Notes under the pieces: model-generated
The model's input: the letters and a program-made list of their open reading frames with translations, nothing else
Databases searched by the model: none
Told to the model about the DNA's origin: nothing
Part shown: one piece after another, positions 37,200-50,036 of the stretch
How the letters are laid out: each line of letters begins with the position of its first letter
Position numbering within the stretch: the first letter of the stretch is position 1
Source of the DNA: Mobula hypostoma
Taxonomy: Eukaryota
DNA length: 64,000 nt
Assembly (NCBI RefSeq): GCF_963921235.1
Contig: NC_086097.1
Span: 48,362,001 to 48,426,000, forward strand
Direction of reading: 5' to 3'
Position numbers and translations under genes: made by a program

Positions 37200-38785
37200 T
37201 CTAAATGGTGAGACATTTGTGGCTGTAGTGGATACATGGACTCCCGGGGTTAAAATATGAAGAAAGATTACACTTGATGGGGTTATATAACTTGGGGTGA
37301 TTCATGCTGAACATGATAAATGTTTTGGATTCTCTTCAGCATTTGATTCCAGATGTATGATGAATTTTACATTGAGATTGATAGATTTTTATTAACTGGG
37401 AATATTGGCTACCCATGATGGTATTGATCAGTTTGTAAGGTGGGCAGAGAAATTAAAACCTGAAGGTTATGGTACTTCAGGATTAATATTAAGGTTAGGA
37501 TATACACAATGAATGGTAGGATTGTATGAAATACTAAGGGACAAAAGGACCTTCATCTACATGTCCAAGAATTCCTAAAGGCATCAGCATACAGAAATAA
37601 GGTTAAGAAGACATACATGGTATTTGGAGACACACAGATTGCAGACGCTGGAATCTGGTGCACAACTAAATTGCTGGATAAACTCCGTGGGTCAAACGAT
37701 GGAAGCAAAGGGATGGTCAATGTTTTGGATAGAGTCCCTGCATCAGGGCTGAGAGTGTAGAGGGAATCTAGCCAGTATACGGAAGTGAGCGGGGAGGAAA
37801 AACAGACGCTGGTAAATGGAGACAGATGGGGAAGAGGAAAGGGGTGCTGGGAGGTGATAGACAAAACCAGCTAAGGGAGAGATGATGGGCAGATGGGACT
37901 AAAGTGGGAGGAGATAGGAAGGGTGAATCGAGGGTAAAAATGTTCTATCTGTCTCTTGGCACATTCCCCTGCAACAGTAGGAAATGCAACACGTCCCTTC
38001 ACCTCCTCCCTCACCACCTCTTAGGGATCGAAACAGCACTTCCAGGAGATTCATGTGCATTGCCTCCAGTCTGGTAAACTGCATTCAGTGCTCATGAGGT
38101 GAACTCCTCTACAATACATGGACCAGATGACTGTTCTGCAGAACACCAACACTCTAGCTGCGGCAGCCTTCCTAAGTTTCTGGGTCCATGACATTTCACT
38201 GCCTCTCCCCTTCCCTTCCTACTTCCACACCGACCCATTTATCCCGGGCCTTCTGCACTTCCACAGTGAGGCCAAGCACGAGCTTGAAGACTGGCACTTC
38301 ATATTCTGTTTCAGCTAGCCAATAGCTAATAGGTGTGAACATTGAATCTTCCCATTTCAGGTAACCCCCCTCTCCACTGAATTCCTTTCCCGCTCACTTC
38401 GGTTCACCTAGGCTGACCGTCCCTTTGTTCAACCCTTCCATCCCGCCCCCTTGTTATCTAGACTATTAACCCTCTCCCACCTGGTTCAAAGTACCCACCA
38501 CCTACCTGGATTACTCCTCCCTTATTCAACTGTCCTATTCCTATCCACACATGGTTCTATCACCCTATCATCCCTCCCGCTCTGGTTCCATTTATTATCT
38601 ACTTACCTCTCTCTCTAGCTTTCCTCTTCCTCGCTCCCACCCAGCTCCACCTGTCTGTTTCTTTCTTATAGTTATGACAGGGTGAGTGCTGGGAACTGGG
38701 ATTTATATAGCTAGGTAACTGTTGGCCAGTACAGATATGCTGGGCTGAATGGGCTTGGTTTCCCTGCTGGACGATTCTATGATAT
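37200..38785 (+). mobile_element. Old CR1 remnant interrupted by an inverted PLE pair (CR1 parts 37200-37625 and 38668-38785)
   Basis: YTMNGRI..QKDL motif; CR1 3'UTR ending ATTCTATGA. Confidence 0.55.
37626..38665. mobile_element. Old PLE: minus-strand terminal repeat (37626-37940) plus plus-strand GIY-YIG and tail (37950-38665)
   Basis: GTFPCNSRKCNT, GLLHFHSEAKHELEDWHFIFC; mirrored terminal repeat. Confidence 0.7.
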
Positions 38786-39874
38786 CAGTAATACCAGACA
38801 AAGTTAGTATCTGTAATTATGTTAGAGATTGTCTATGATAAAAAAAATGTTAGAAAAGATCTGAAGAGCCAAGTAAGTAGCCTACTCTTGTTGTGTCCAG
38901 TGTTAAAATACAACTACAAAGCAGTGAATGTCTAAATAATGTGGCATAGAAAGGAGCCAGCCTTTCAATATATGGGAATGTAATTCATGTTTGAATGAGG
39001 TCATTTTCTTTGGAATTCTTTTGAATGAGTGTTTATTTTCATCTTGGTTTTCCAAGAAGTGAGTTTCTAATGCCCTCACAGTGTGCCAGCTGGGTTGAGA
39101 TCAGTAGGAACATAGTTTCATTGGCTCTCCTAAGCTGATTGCCTGAAACGTTGGGTAGGGTTCTGTAGGGTAGTAAAGCACCAGAACAGCAACTCCAAAT
39201 TCAAGCCTTAGAATGGTGAGATTGGGTTTGGCAGCAAGCATTCCCTTGCCCAGGATTAATCTAACTTCACTATAGCCAGCAGCAGCTGTGACGTTCAGAC
39301 ATGCAACAGCAGCAAAAGCTGTACTTGACGCACTACAGGTCATGCTGATCTCTTTGTTTTGGCTGTAGCTAGTGGAATTGTTGTGTAGGTTTTCGGAATT
39401 TTCAAGCCCTTAAGGTCATGAAGGGAAGAACATCACTGCTGCCACTGCTTATACTTCTCTTTAGGGAGAGGGACATCACATCCACAAGGGTCCGAGGTGA
39501 ACTTTATTTAACATGAAGCATCCATGGATACTGACTGGAGCAGCAAATTCAAGAGGGTCAAATAGACTGTTGATAGTCAATAGTACACCACTATGTGTAA
39601 AAGGGTCTTTCAGTATTAGCGACCTGGAAAGTAAGGGTGTTGATAATGAGATCCATCCAAGGCCCAGAGTGCACTGCATAGGAGGAAGGTCCTGTCAAAG
39701 GTCAAGACTCTGTAGACTTTTGGCCAGGTCTTCAGATGGGAACATCACATGACCTCAGCATTGTTGGAGTGACCTTATGCTTTTTGAGGTTAGACTATGC
39801 CAACATATCTTGTGCTGCTTTCAGTATGTTGACTGCTTCTTCTGCACTAGAAAATGATTTAAGACCATCATCAT

Positions 39875-40072
39875 CATAGAAGTACAAGGTTCCTAATAAA
39901 TTTATTACCAAAGTATACACGTCACCATATGCAACCCTGAGATTCATTTTCTTGTGGGCATACTCAATAAATCCAATAACTATAATAAAATCAATGAAAG
40001 TCTGCACCAACACGGCAGACAATCAGTGTGCAAAAGACAGCAAACTGCATAAATACAAAACAGAAGCAATAG
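39875..40072 (-). mobile_element. Rex/Babar 3' tail
   Basis: taaatttattaccaaagta..caaccctgagattcattttcttgtgggc. Confidence 0.7.
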
Positions 40073-40074
40073 AT

Positions 40075-40512
40075 CCGTTATTACAGATAGGACAATCCAT
40101 AATAACCATCCGGATATAATATTACAGGATAAACAAGCAAGAACAACTTACTTAATAGATAGAGCCATTCCAAACACACATAACATACAGAAATCAGTAA
40201 GTGAAAAACACCAGAAATATGTTGAATTAAATGAGGAAATTGAACAACTTTGGAACATGAGCAGGGCATACATTGTCCCAATAGTAATATCTGCAACTTT
40301 CGTCATCCCAAAGTCACTACACAATAGCATTAAACTATTATGTAAATCTTCAGAAAGTCACAATATTAAGCACCACTAGGATGGTCCGAAAGTTCCTAGC
40401 AATTGAGAAATGAGCATGCCTGGCTGTGCCCGTACCTCAGGTTTTACCAGCTTGAGCTGAGAACAAATGTGTTTCATAAATAATAATAACAATAATAATG
40501 ATGATGATGATA
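40075..40512 (+). mobile_element. R4/Dong-clade element, copy 1 (REL endonuclease 3' end and (TAA)n(TGA)n tail)
   Basis: ITDRTIHNNHPDIILQDKQARTTYLID.AIPNTHN..EKHQKY..IVPIVISAT. Confidence 0.8.
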
Positions 40513-43500
40513 AAAAGGGCAGAAGTGGGAAGAGGAATAACAGACATTAAAAATCTACACACCAGTCAGATAAAACTTTTAAGGATGTACTTTCATCAAT
40601 GAAGACATGATTCAGCACTCCACGCGAGCATATGCAATTCTGACAGGAAGTATGCACCACTGAACTTAATTGAGAACTCAACTCAGAAAAATGAAGACAT
40701 TATCGCTATTGAAAAAAAGTTAACCAGTGGGAGAGCATGACCCTCCATGGAAGACATCCCCATGACCCGAGCAGAATAGATTTCAACAAGGAAATGCCAA
40801 ACACCTAGGCTCAGAGTTGGAGACCTCTTCCCAGAAACAGAAGGGTTCTTTGTGGCAATACAAGACCAGGTGGTTAACAAAAAAATTATCAAAAAGTCAA
40901 AATAAAAGACAACAAATTCAAGATGATAAATGTAGAAAATGCCGAGAGAAAACAGAAACAATCCAGCAAAGGGGATCCAGTAGCAGCTTAACTTTACCTG
41001 ATAGCTTACACAGGCACAATTAAGTTGCAAACATAGAACATAGAGTAGTACAGCACAGTACAGGCCCTTTGGCCCACAATGTTGTGCCGACTCTTAAACC
41101 CTGCCTCCCATATAACCCCCCACCTTAAATTCCTCCATATACCTGTCTAGTAGTCTCTTAAACTTCACTAGTGTATCTGCCTCCACCACTGACTCAGGCA
41201 GTGCATTCCACGCACCAACCACTCTCTGAGTAAAAAACCTTCCTCTAATATCCCCCTTGAACTTCCCACCCCTTACCTTAAAGCCATGTCCTCTTGTATT
41301 GAGCAGTGGTGCCCTGGGGAAGAGGCGCTGGCTATCCACTCTATCTATTCCTCTTATTATCTTGTATACCTCTATCATGTCTCCTCTCATCCTCCTTCTC
41401 TTCAGAGAGTAAAGCCCTAGCTCCCTTAATCTCTGATCATAATGCATACTCTCTAAACCAGGCAGCACCCTGGTAAATCTCCTCTGTACCCTTTCCAATG
41501 CTTCCACATCCTTCCTATAGTGAGGCGACCAGAACTGGACACAGTACTCCAAGTGTGGCCTAATCAAAGTTTTATAGAGCTGCATCATTACCTCGCGACT
41601 CTGAAACTCTATCCCTTGACTTATGAAAGCTAACACCCCATAAGCTTTCTTAACGACCCTATCTACCTGTGAGGCAACTTTCAGGGATCTGTGGTCATGT
41701 ACCCCCAGATCCCTCTGCTCCTCCACGCTACCAAGTATCCTGCCATTTACTTTGTACTCTGCCTTGGAATTTGTCCTTCCAAAGTGTACCACCTCACACT
41801 TCTCTGGGTGGAACTCCATCTGCCACTCCTCAGCCCAATTCTGCATCCTATCAATGTCTCTCTGCAATCTTAGACAATCCTCTACACTATCCACAACACC
41901 ACCAACCTTTGTGTCATCTGCAAACTTGCCAACCCAACCTTCTATTCCCACATTCAGGTCGTTAATAAAAATCATGAAAAGTAGAGGTCCCAGAACCGAT
42001 CCTTGTGGGACACCATTAGTCACAACCCTCCAATCTGAATGTACTCCCTCCACCATGACCCTCTGCCTTCTGCAGGCAAGCCAATTCTGAATCCACCTGG
42101 CCAAACTTCCCTGGATCCCATGCCTTCTGACTTTCTGAATAAGCCTGCCATGTGGAACTTTGTCAAATGCCTTACTAAAATCCATGTAGATCACATCCAC
42201 TGCACTACCCTCATCTATATGCTTGGTCACCTCCTCAAAGAACTCTATCAGGCTTGTTAGATACCATCTGCCCTTCACAAAGCCATGCTGACTGTCCCTG
42301 ATCAGACCGTGATTCTCTAAATGCCCATAGATCCTATCTCTAAGAATCTTTTCCCACAGCTTTCCCACCACAGATGTAAGGCTCACTGGTCTGTAATAAC
42401 TCGGAATATCCCTACTACTTTTTTTGAAAAAGGGACAACATTTGCCTCCCTCCAATCCTCTGGTACCATTTCCGTGGACAACGAGGACATAAAAATCCTA
42501 GCCAGAGGCTCAGCAATCTCTTTCCTTGCCTCGTGGAGCAGCCTGGGGAATGTTCCGTCAGGCCCCAGGGACTTGTCCATCCTAATGTATTTTAACAACT
42601 CCAACACCTCCTCTCCCTTAATATCAACATGCTCCAGAACATCAACCTCACTCATATTGGCCTCACTCATATTCAAGTTCCCTCTTATTGGTGAATACCG
42701 AAGAGAAGTATTCACTGTGGACCTCATTCACTTCCACAGCCTCCAGGCACATCTTCCCACCTTTATCTCTAATCAGTCCTACTTTCATTCCTGTCATCCT
42801 TTTGTTCTTCACATAACTCAAGAATACTTTGGGGTTTTCCTTTACCCTACTCGCCAAGGCCTTCTCATTCCCCCTTCTTGCTCTCCTCAGCCCCTTCTTA
42901 AGCTCCTTTCTTGCTACCCTATATTCCTCAATAGACCCATCTGATCCTTGCTTTCCAAACTTCATGTATGCTGCCTTCTTCCACCTGACTAGATTTTCCA
43001 CCTCACTTGTCACCCATGGTTCCTTCACCCTACCATTCATTATCTTCCTCACTGGGACAAATTTATCCCTAACGTCCTGCAAGAGATCCCTAAACATCGA
43101 CCACATGTTCATAGTACATTTCCCTGCAAAAACTTCATCCCAATTCACACCCACAAGTTCTAGCTTTATAGCCTCATAATTTGCCCTTCCCCAATTAAGA
43201 ATTTTCCTGCCCTCTCTGATTCTATCCTTTTCCATGATAATGCTAATGCAGCGGTGGTCACTGTCCCCCAGATGCTCACCCACTGAGAGATCTGTGACCT
43301 GACCCGGTTCGTTATCTAATACTAGATCTAGTATGGCATTCCCCCTGGTCAGCCTGTCAACATACTGTGATAGGAATCTGTCCTGGACACACTTAACAAA
43401 CTCTGCCCTGTCTAAACCATTGGAACTAATCAGGTGCCAATCAATATTAGGGAAGTTAAATTCACCCATGATAACAACCCTGTTATTTTTGCACCTTTCC

Positions 43501-44600
43501 AAAATCTGCCTCCCAATCTGCTCCTCGGTATCTCTGCTGATACCAAGGGGTCTACAGAATACCCCCAATAGAGTAACTGCTCCCTTCCTGTTCCTGACTT
43601 CCACCCATACTGACTCAAAAGAGGATCCTGCTTCATTACCCACCCTTTCTGTAGCTGTAATAGTATCCCTGACCAGTAATGCCACCCTCCTCCCCTCCCC
43701 CACCCCGCATCCCTTTTAAACCACAGAAATCCAGGAATATTGAGAATCCATTCCTGCCCTGGTGCCAGCCAAGTGTCTGTAATGGCCACTACATCATAAT
43801 TCCATGTATGTATCCAAGCTCTCAATTCATCACCTTTGTTCCTGATGCTTCTTGCATTGAAGTGCACGACCTTTAGCCCTTCTACCTTTACAACCTTTAT
43901 TCTGCTTCTCTTTCCTCAAAGCCTCTTTATATGTTTGATCTGGCTTTACTCCATGCACTATATTTGCAGTTCTCGCATGACCTTTATCCTCCTCCACCTC
44001 ACTATCGGCTCTAACACTCTGGTTCCCCTCCCTCTGCAAATCTAGTTTAAACCCCATTCATCATTCATTAAAATCTTGCTTTAAAATACAAAACTCATAA
44101 AAGAATCACACCTTACTATAAATACAAGCCTGATCCTGTTTTAGAGTCAGAACACCACAAATTATACTATGACCCATCATTTATTAGGGATAAGACAATC
44201 CATAAAACTGTCAGGATATAACATTACAGGATAAACAAGCAAGGACAACTTACTTAATAGATACAGTCATTCCAAACAGACATAACTTACAGAAATCAAT
44301 AAATGAAAAACGCCAGAAATATGCCGAATTAGAAGAGGAAATTGAAAGACTTTTCAAAACGTACAGGGTATGCATTGTCCCATTTGTAGTATCTACAACT
44401 GGAACCATCCCAAAGGCACTATACCATAGCATTAAACAAATAAGGTACACAGTAATGTTTATGTAAATCTTCAGAATGCCACAATACTAAACACCACTAA
44501 AATAGTCTGGAAGTTCCTAGCCATTGAGAAATGGGCATGCTTGGCTATGCCCATGTCTCAGGTGTTACCAGCTTGAGCTGAGAGAAAAAATGTAATACAA
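40513..44600 (+). mobile_element. R4/Dong copy 2 (3' third, split by CR1; parts 40513-41030 and 44057-44600)
   Basis: LFPETEGFFVAIQDQVV, CRKCREKTETIQ, HRHN.VAN, then YYKYKPDPVLE and the REL motif after the CR1. Confidence 0.8.
41030..44056 (-). mobile_element. CR1 LINE with near-complete frameshifted ORF2 (APE endonuclease and RT)
   Basis: FNARSIRNK, GEFNFPNIDW, GDSDH, YRPVSLTSVVGK, GVPQGSVLGPLLF, FADD; ORFs 43430-43867, 42663-43703, 42383-42727, 41094-42455. Confidence 0.95.
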
Positions 44601-44910
44601 AACCAGGGGCAGTCAGCAGCACCAGAACAAAGGGCGGCCAGTAGCAGCACCACCGCGGACGGGACAAGACGACAGCACTGGCCTCCTGCAACAGCAGGCA
44701 GAGTTTGGAGAACTCATCAGACAGTATGCCTCTCAGCCGCATAGACTTGGAGGACAGGTGAGGAGCCAGGGCTCAGTTTCAGGCTCTGCGGGGTGGTCTG
44801 AGATACTGGGATGGAAGGTGCGGGGTGAGGACATCCATCGGTGTAACATCAGCTGCGCTCACCTCCTCCCCCTCCCCCAGGCTCAGAAACAAATCCAGAC
44901 ACATCTGTCC

Positions 44911-47592
44911 CCAGATTGGGCCGTGCTCCGGTCAGCATCTGTTCTCCATGTTATGGGCGGCTGAAGCTAAAACCTGGCTGTAGGTATGAAGAGCAATACC
45001 CTTTCACTTTAGAAATGGAGAGATGTCTACGGATAGAGTGATATGGCCGCTGCCTGGGGATCACCAGGGCATGACACTAGTGGTCTACTGCTGAATAGGT
45101 GGGCAGGCGCTGGGAAACCCGAAAAAGATACTGCCAACATTCAAAGTCGCCCATCAACACCAAAGGCTGTGACTACTGCAGGTGTTTCTCAGGGGAGCAG
45201 TCCACTTACCTCAGAAACCACTCAAGCAGTTAGGAGAAGAAAACACACACATGAAATGGTCATTAGACATAAACACATTCATGATATGATGTGCATATAT
45301 TATCAAGTAACAGAACTTGAGACTGACATGACAGTACATATGGACAAACATCATCAACAGTATATAGATTAATATCCCTCCATTCAAGTAAATGTGCAAC
45401 GAATAGCAGATGAATGTAGAGTGATAGTAAAATTAACTTAATCTCTAGAGACATGTTAAACCAAATATACAAGAGCTAGAAAGAAACCAGCAGTGACAAT
45501 ACTAGACAAGAAAATAATGAAGTTACAACCCACCAAAGCACTGATGAAAATACAATTATTTCATCTGCTTCACAATCAGACGTTAACAACAACACAGATG
45601 TAGAGCCTCCGAGAACACCAATGATGAAGCTAATATTATCCTAAATTTGACACTACACCAAAAGAATATCTGGATATTGACCCAACAAAAAACCCCTACA
45701 TACCAAAACAAAACAGGTCATCAAAATTTTCAAAAATTGGTAATACTCTCAACAATATTATATTATCAGAGCATTTAGGAAAACTTGAAACATTTGAAGA
45801 ACAACACACAATAACATACTGTGCAGCATTAACATCAGTGCAGTGCAATGGCTCCAAAATAGAGACAATCCTTAATAGAAACTCAAAACTGAGTAATGAA
45901 ATGGGAACACCAAAAAGGCAGAAAAGATTAAAAAACAAAATTGAAACCTTAAAAGTAGAAATAGCCCACCCAATGAAGTAGAAAATGGATAACATGAGCA
46001 AGAAAGTTAAGAGAAAAGCTAAGGTAGTACTAAGGAATATAAGGCCCATACAAGATATGATCAGCCTAAAAAAATGCAGAATTTATAGATACACTAAAAC
46101 AACAGTTTGGTGCATACAAAACCAGATTAAATAGATACATGGAATGCACCAGACCAAAAAAAAACACAGAATTATCAGTTCAGAAACAATGAAAAAGGTT
46201 TATACAGGGTATTCAAACTATATTTGATGGACCAAAATGTCACAAACCTCAGCACAAAATTACCAACAAACACAGAGATAATGAAATTTTGGTCTAATAT
46301 CTGGTCAAACAGGGTGGTGTACAATCCAGAAACAAGCTGGATTATGGAGGATAAAGAATAGACACACACGATTGAAGAAACACAAATACCTGAAGTTACA
46401 ATGGATACGCTGAAAGTGGTTATAAAAAATACCCACAACTGGAGAAGTACTGGAAGTGATCATATTCATAAATATTGGTATAAAATTTACTTAATTTCAT
46501 CCGTACCTATTAATACATATCAACAATTTTCTTAAAATCCTGACAAAGTGCCTGAATTTATTTACAGAAGATAAAACATATCTTTTAACTAAAGGATAAA
46601 TCACAAATGACCCTTCAAAATATCATTATATATACTGCATATATTTCTTTACAAACTATATATAAATTATATCATCATGTATCTCACAACTAATCCCTAC
46701 TCACTTAGATAACTACAATATACTTACAAATGAGCAGAAAGTTTGCCGTAAAGGTATGAAAGGATGTAAAGAATAACTGATAATAGATTCTGTAATTCTA
46801 TATCAAGCCCGGCAGAAAAGCAGAAATCTTTCATGTTGCTATATTGACTACCAAGAGGCATTTAACTCTATCTCACACTCATGGTTAATAGAAGTTCTTA
46901 ATATATATAAAAGTGCACCCAATATTTGTAAAATTCCTTCAACATCTGATGAAGCATTGGTGTCCTACAATCACCCTATCTATAATCAACCACCAATAAA
47001 CAACCACTGTATCAAAATAAACCAAGGCATTTTCCAGGGTGACTCTCTAAGTCCACAATGGTTCTGTTAAGCTTTAAAGCTGCTCTCTAATTTACTGAAT
47101 CAGACAAAAATTGGGTATCAAATCAGAAACAACCAAACAAATTGTATCTTAACACATCTTCTATACATGGATGATTTAAAATGATATGCTACTGCATCAG
47201 TAAAGCTAATGCAATTAATTCAAATAGTAGAACAATTTTTGAAAGATATAGACATGAATTTTGGTCTGTATAAATGCAGAGCATTAAACATAAAGAAAGG
47301 TGCAATGGTGCTAGTAGAATACAAAACAGAGCAGCAGGATACAATAAAACTGATGGAGGAATTTGAAACATGAACAGGGTATACATTGTCCCGATAGTAA
47401 TGTCTACAACTGGTATCATCCCAAAGACACTACATAATAGCATTAAACAATTAGGTCTACACAGTAATATCTATGTAAATCTTCAGAAAGCCACAATACT
47501 AAACACCATTAGAATAGTCCGAAGGTTTCTAGCAATTGAGAAATGAGCGTGCTTGGCAATGCCCGCACCTCAGGTCTTACCAGCTCGAGCTT
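44911..47592 (+). mobile_element. R4/Dong copy 3 (5' region, N-terminus, RT, internal deletion, 3' end)
   Basis: AYYQVTELETD, THNWRSTGSDHIHKYWYK, EQKVCRKG.KGCKE, IDYQEAFNSISHSWL, GIFQGDSLSPQWFC, HLLYMDDLK. Confidence 0.8.
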
Positions 47593-48540
47593 ACAGGGGT
47601 AAGCTACATAACAGTTTATAGCACAATAACCCTTCATGCAAGTAAATACACAACGAATAGCAGGACAACATAGATAATAAAAACAACTTAATCCCTATCG
47701 ACACGTTAAACCAAATAAAACATGAAGTAGTGCAAGAGCCGGTAAGAAACCAACCTAAAGACCACAACAATGTTATACAAGAAAATAACGAAGGTGCTAC
47801 CCTCTCAAAGCGCTGATGAAAATAGAATTACTTCAACAACTGCTCCACAACCTGACGTTAATAGATGTAGAGACTCCATGTAATGCTGGTGATGAAGCTG
47901 AGCTTACAGACAAAAGAACAACCTGCATTATCAAAATAAACTGAGACATTTCCCAGGGTGACTCTCTAAGCCCACTATGGTTCTGTCTAGCTTTAAACCT
48001 GTTCTCTAATTTATTGAAATGGATGAACATAAGGTATCAAATCAGAGACAACCAAACAGATCATACCTTGACAAACCTTCTATACATGGATGATTTGAAA
48101 TCATATGCTTCTTCATTAGTAAAGCAATTCATTCAAATAGTAGAACTATATTCTAAAGATATAAACATGAACTTTGGACTAGATAAGTGCAGAGCATTAA
48201 ACATAAAGAAAGGTGAAAAAGAGCTAATAGAATACAAAACAAAACAGCAGGATACACTCCAACAAATGGATGAAAATTCAACATATAAGTATCTGGGACA
48301 TCAACAGGCAAAGATCATACTGTAACAATGAGAAAATCTTGAGCAGAATTTACTTCAATGCTTAAGAGAATCTGTCAAACAGAATTCGATAGTAAAAATA
48401 TAACAAAAGCAATATCCATGTTAACATATTCTTTTGGCATAATATCTTTATCTGAAACTAATCTGGAAAATTTGCAAAGAAAAATAAAAACTGAAATGGT
48501 AAATTTTAGAAAATACTAAGTGCATTCAAGCACACTTAGA
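47593..48540 (+). mobile_element. R4/Dong copy 4 (N-terminal piece fused to RT)
   Basis: QGDSLSPLWFCLAL, LLYMDDLKSYA, DINMNFGLDKC, YKYLG. Confidence 0.8.
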
Positions 48541-49508
48541 TTAACACTTGTGGCAACGAATTCCACAGATTCACCACCCTCTGACTAAAGAAATTCCTCC
48601 CTATCTCTGATCTAAATGGACGAGCCTTTTTTCTGAGGCTGTGCCCTCTGTTCCTTAGCTCATGCACTATAAGAAACATCTTCTCCACATCCACTCTATC
48701 TAGACCTCTTAATATTTGAAAGGTTTTAATGAGATTCCTTCTCATTCTTTTAATCTCCAGTGAGAGCAGGTCCAGAGCCATCAAATGCTCCTCATACATT
48801 AACCCTTTCATTCCCAGAATCATTCTTGTGATCCTGCTTTGGACACTTACCAATGACAGTGTATCTTTTCTTGGATAAGGAGCTCAGAACCGCACACAGT
48901 ACTCCAAGTGCAGTCTGGCCAATGCCTTATAAAGCCTCAGCATCACATCCTTGCTCATAGATTCTAGTCCTCTCGAAATGAAGGCTAACATTGTGTCACG
49001 GTACTGATCGGTTATTCTCTGTGTCCCTTTAAATTTACTTTGTGTCATGATCAGGACCGTTGACTCCTTGTTTTCCTTAACTCATTGTTTCCCCGTGTTT
49101 CTTGGGCTCTGTAATTAAAGGCACTTAAGTTTCAGCTGAATGAGCAGTATTTAGTGTCGGGCTTACAGCTACTTGGCACTAGATCATCACCTGACATCAC
49201 TTCATGTCACCGAAGCAAGTGCGAGCAAGTCACCTTGCCAGAGCAAGCTAAGTCACATTGCTGGAGCAAGTCAAGTGTCCTCTCCGAAGCGAGTGCCGCT
49301 AAGTCGCCTCTCCTCACCGAGTGAGCCCGTCAAGTTACCACGCCTGAACGAGCCTGCTATGCTACCTCGTTGGAGCGGGTCCATCAAGTTAACCCACAGG
49401 AGTGAGTCAAGAGCCACTGTCTGCAGTTATGGGGCCGAGTCGAGAGCTCACCGCTACTTGGAGCCACTCGGTGCCAAGATAAAGAACTGTCTATTGTTCT
49501 GTGGTTTT

Positions 49509-49700
49509 GTCTCTTCGTGTCCTTGCCTCCGCTGGGTAGGTCTGACCATTTGCCGCTACCCTGAGTTGGGAACTGTCTCTTCGTGTCCTCATCTCTGCTG
49601 GGTAGGTCTAGCCGTTTGCCGCTACCCTGAGTTGGGAACTGTCTCTGCTAGGTAGGTCCGGCCATTTGCCGCTAATCAGAGTTGGGAATTCTGTCTCTTC
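49509..49700. repeat. Tandem repeat (units about 45-65 bp) inside the LTR
   Basis: Three copies of GGTAGGTC..(A)TTTGCCGCTA..GAGTTGGGAA.TGTCTCT. Confidence 0.8.
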
Positions 49701-49704
49701 CGAT

Positions 49705-50036
49705 GTTCCAAGTCCAGGCTCCAATGTTCTGAGTTCCAAGTTCAGGATCCGATGTTCCGAAGTCCAAGTCCGGGTCCCGAGTCCCGGTCCAAGTCCGGGT
49801 CCCGAGTCCAAGTCCAAGTCCGGGTCCCAAGTCCAAGTCCAAGTCCAAGTCCGGGTCCCGAGTCCCAGGCCAAGTCCAAGTCCAAGTCCGGGTCCCCGAG
49901 TCCAAGTCCAAGTCCAAGTCCAAGTCCAAGTCCAAGTCCGGGTCCCGAGTCCCAGGCCAAGTCCAAGTCCAAGTCCGGGTCCCGAGTCCCAGGCCAAGTC
50001 CAAGTCCGGGTCCTGAGTCCCAGGCCAAGCCCAGGC
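49705..50036. repeat. Compound minisatellite (GTCCAA/GTCCGG/GTCCCGA/GTCCCAG)n
   Basis: Directly visible. Confidence 0.95.

Noticed and set aside
39460..39860. Possible old LINE remnant (also 22440-22800)
   Set aside because: Too decayed to assign by eye
42321..43719. Plus-strand ORFs up to 207 aa
   Set aside because: Antisense shadows of CR1 ORF2
49509..49700. Repeat-spacer-like pattern suggesting CRISPR
   Set aside because: Eukaryotic LTR tandem repeat; no unique spacers and no cas genes
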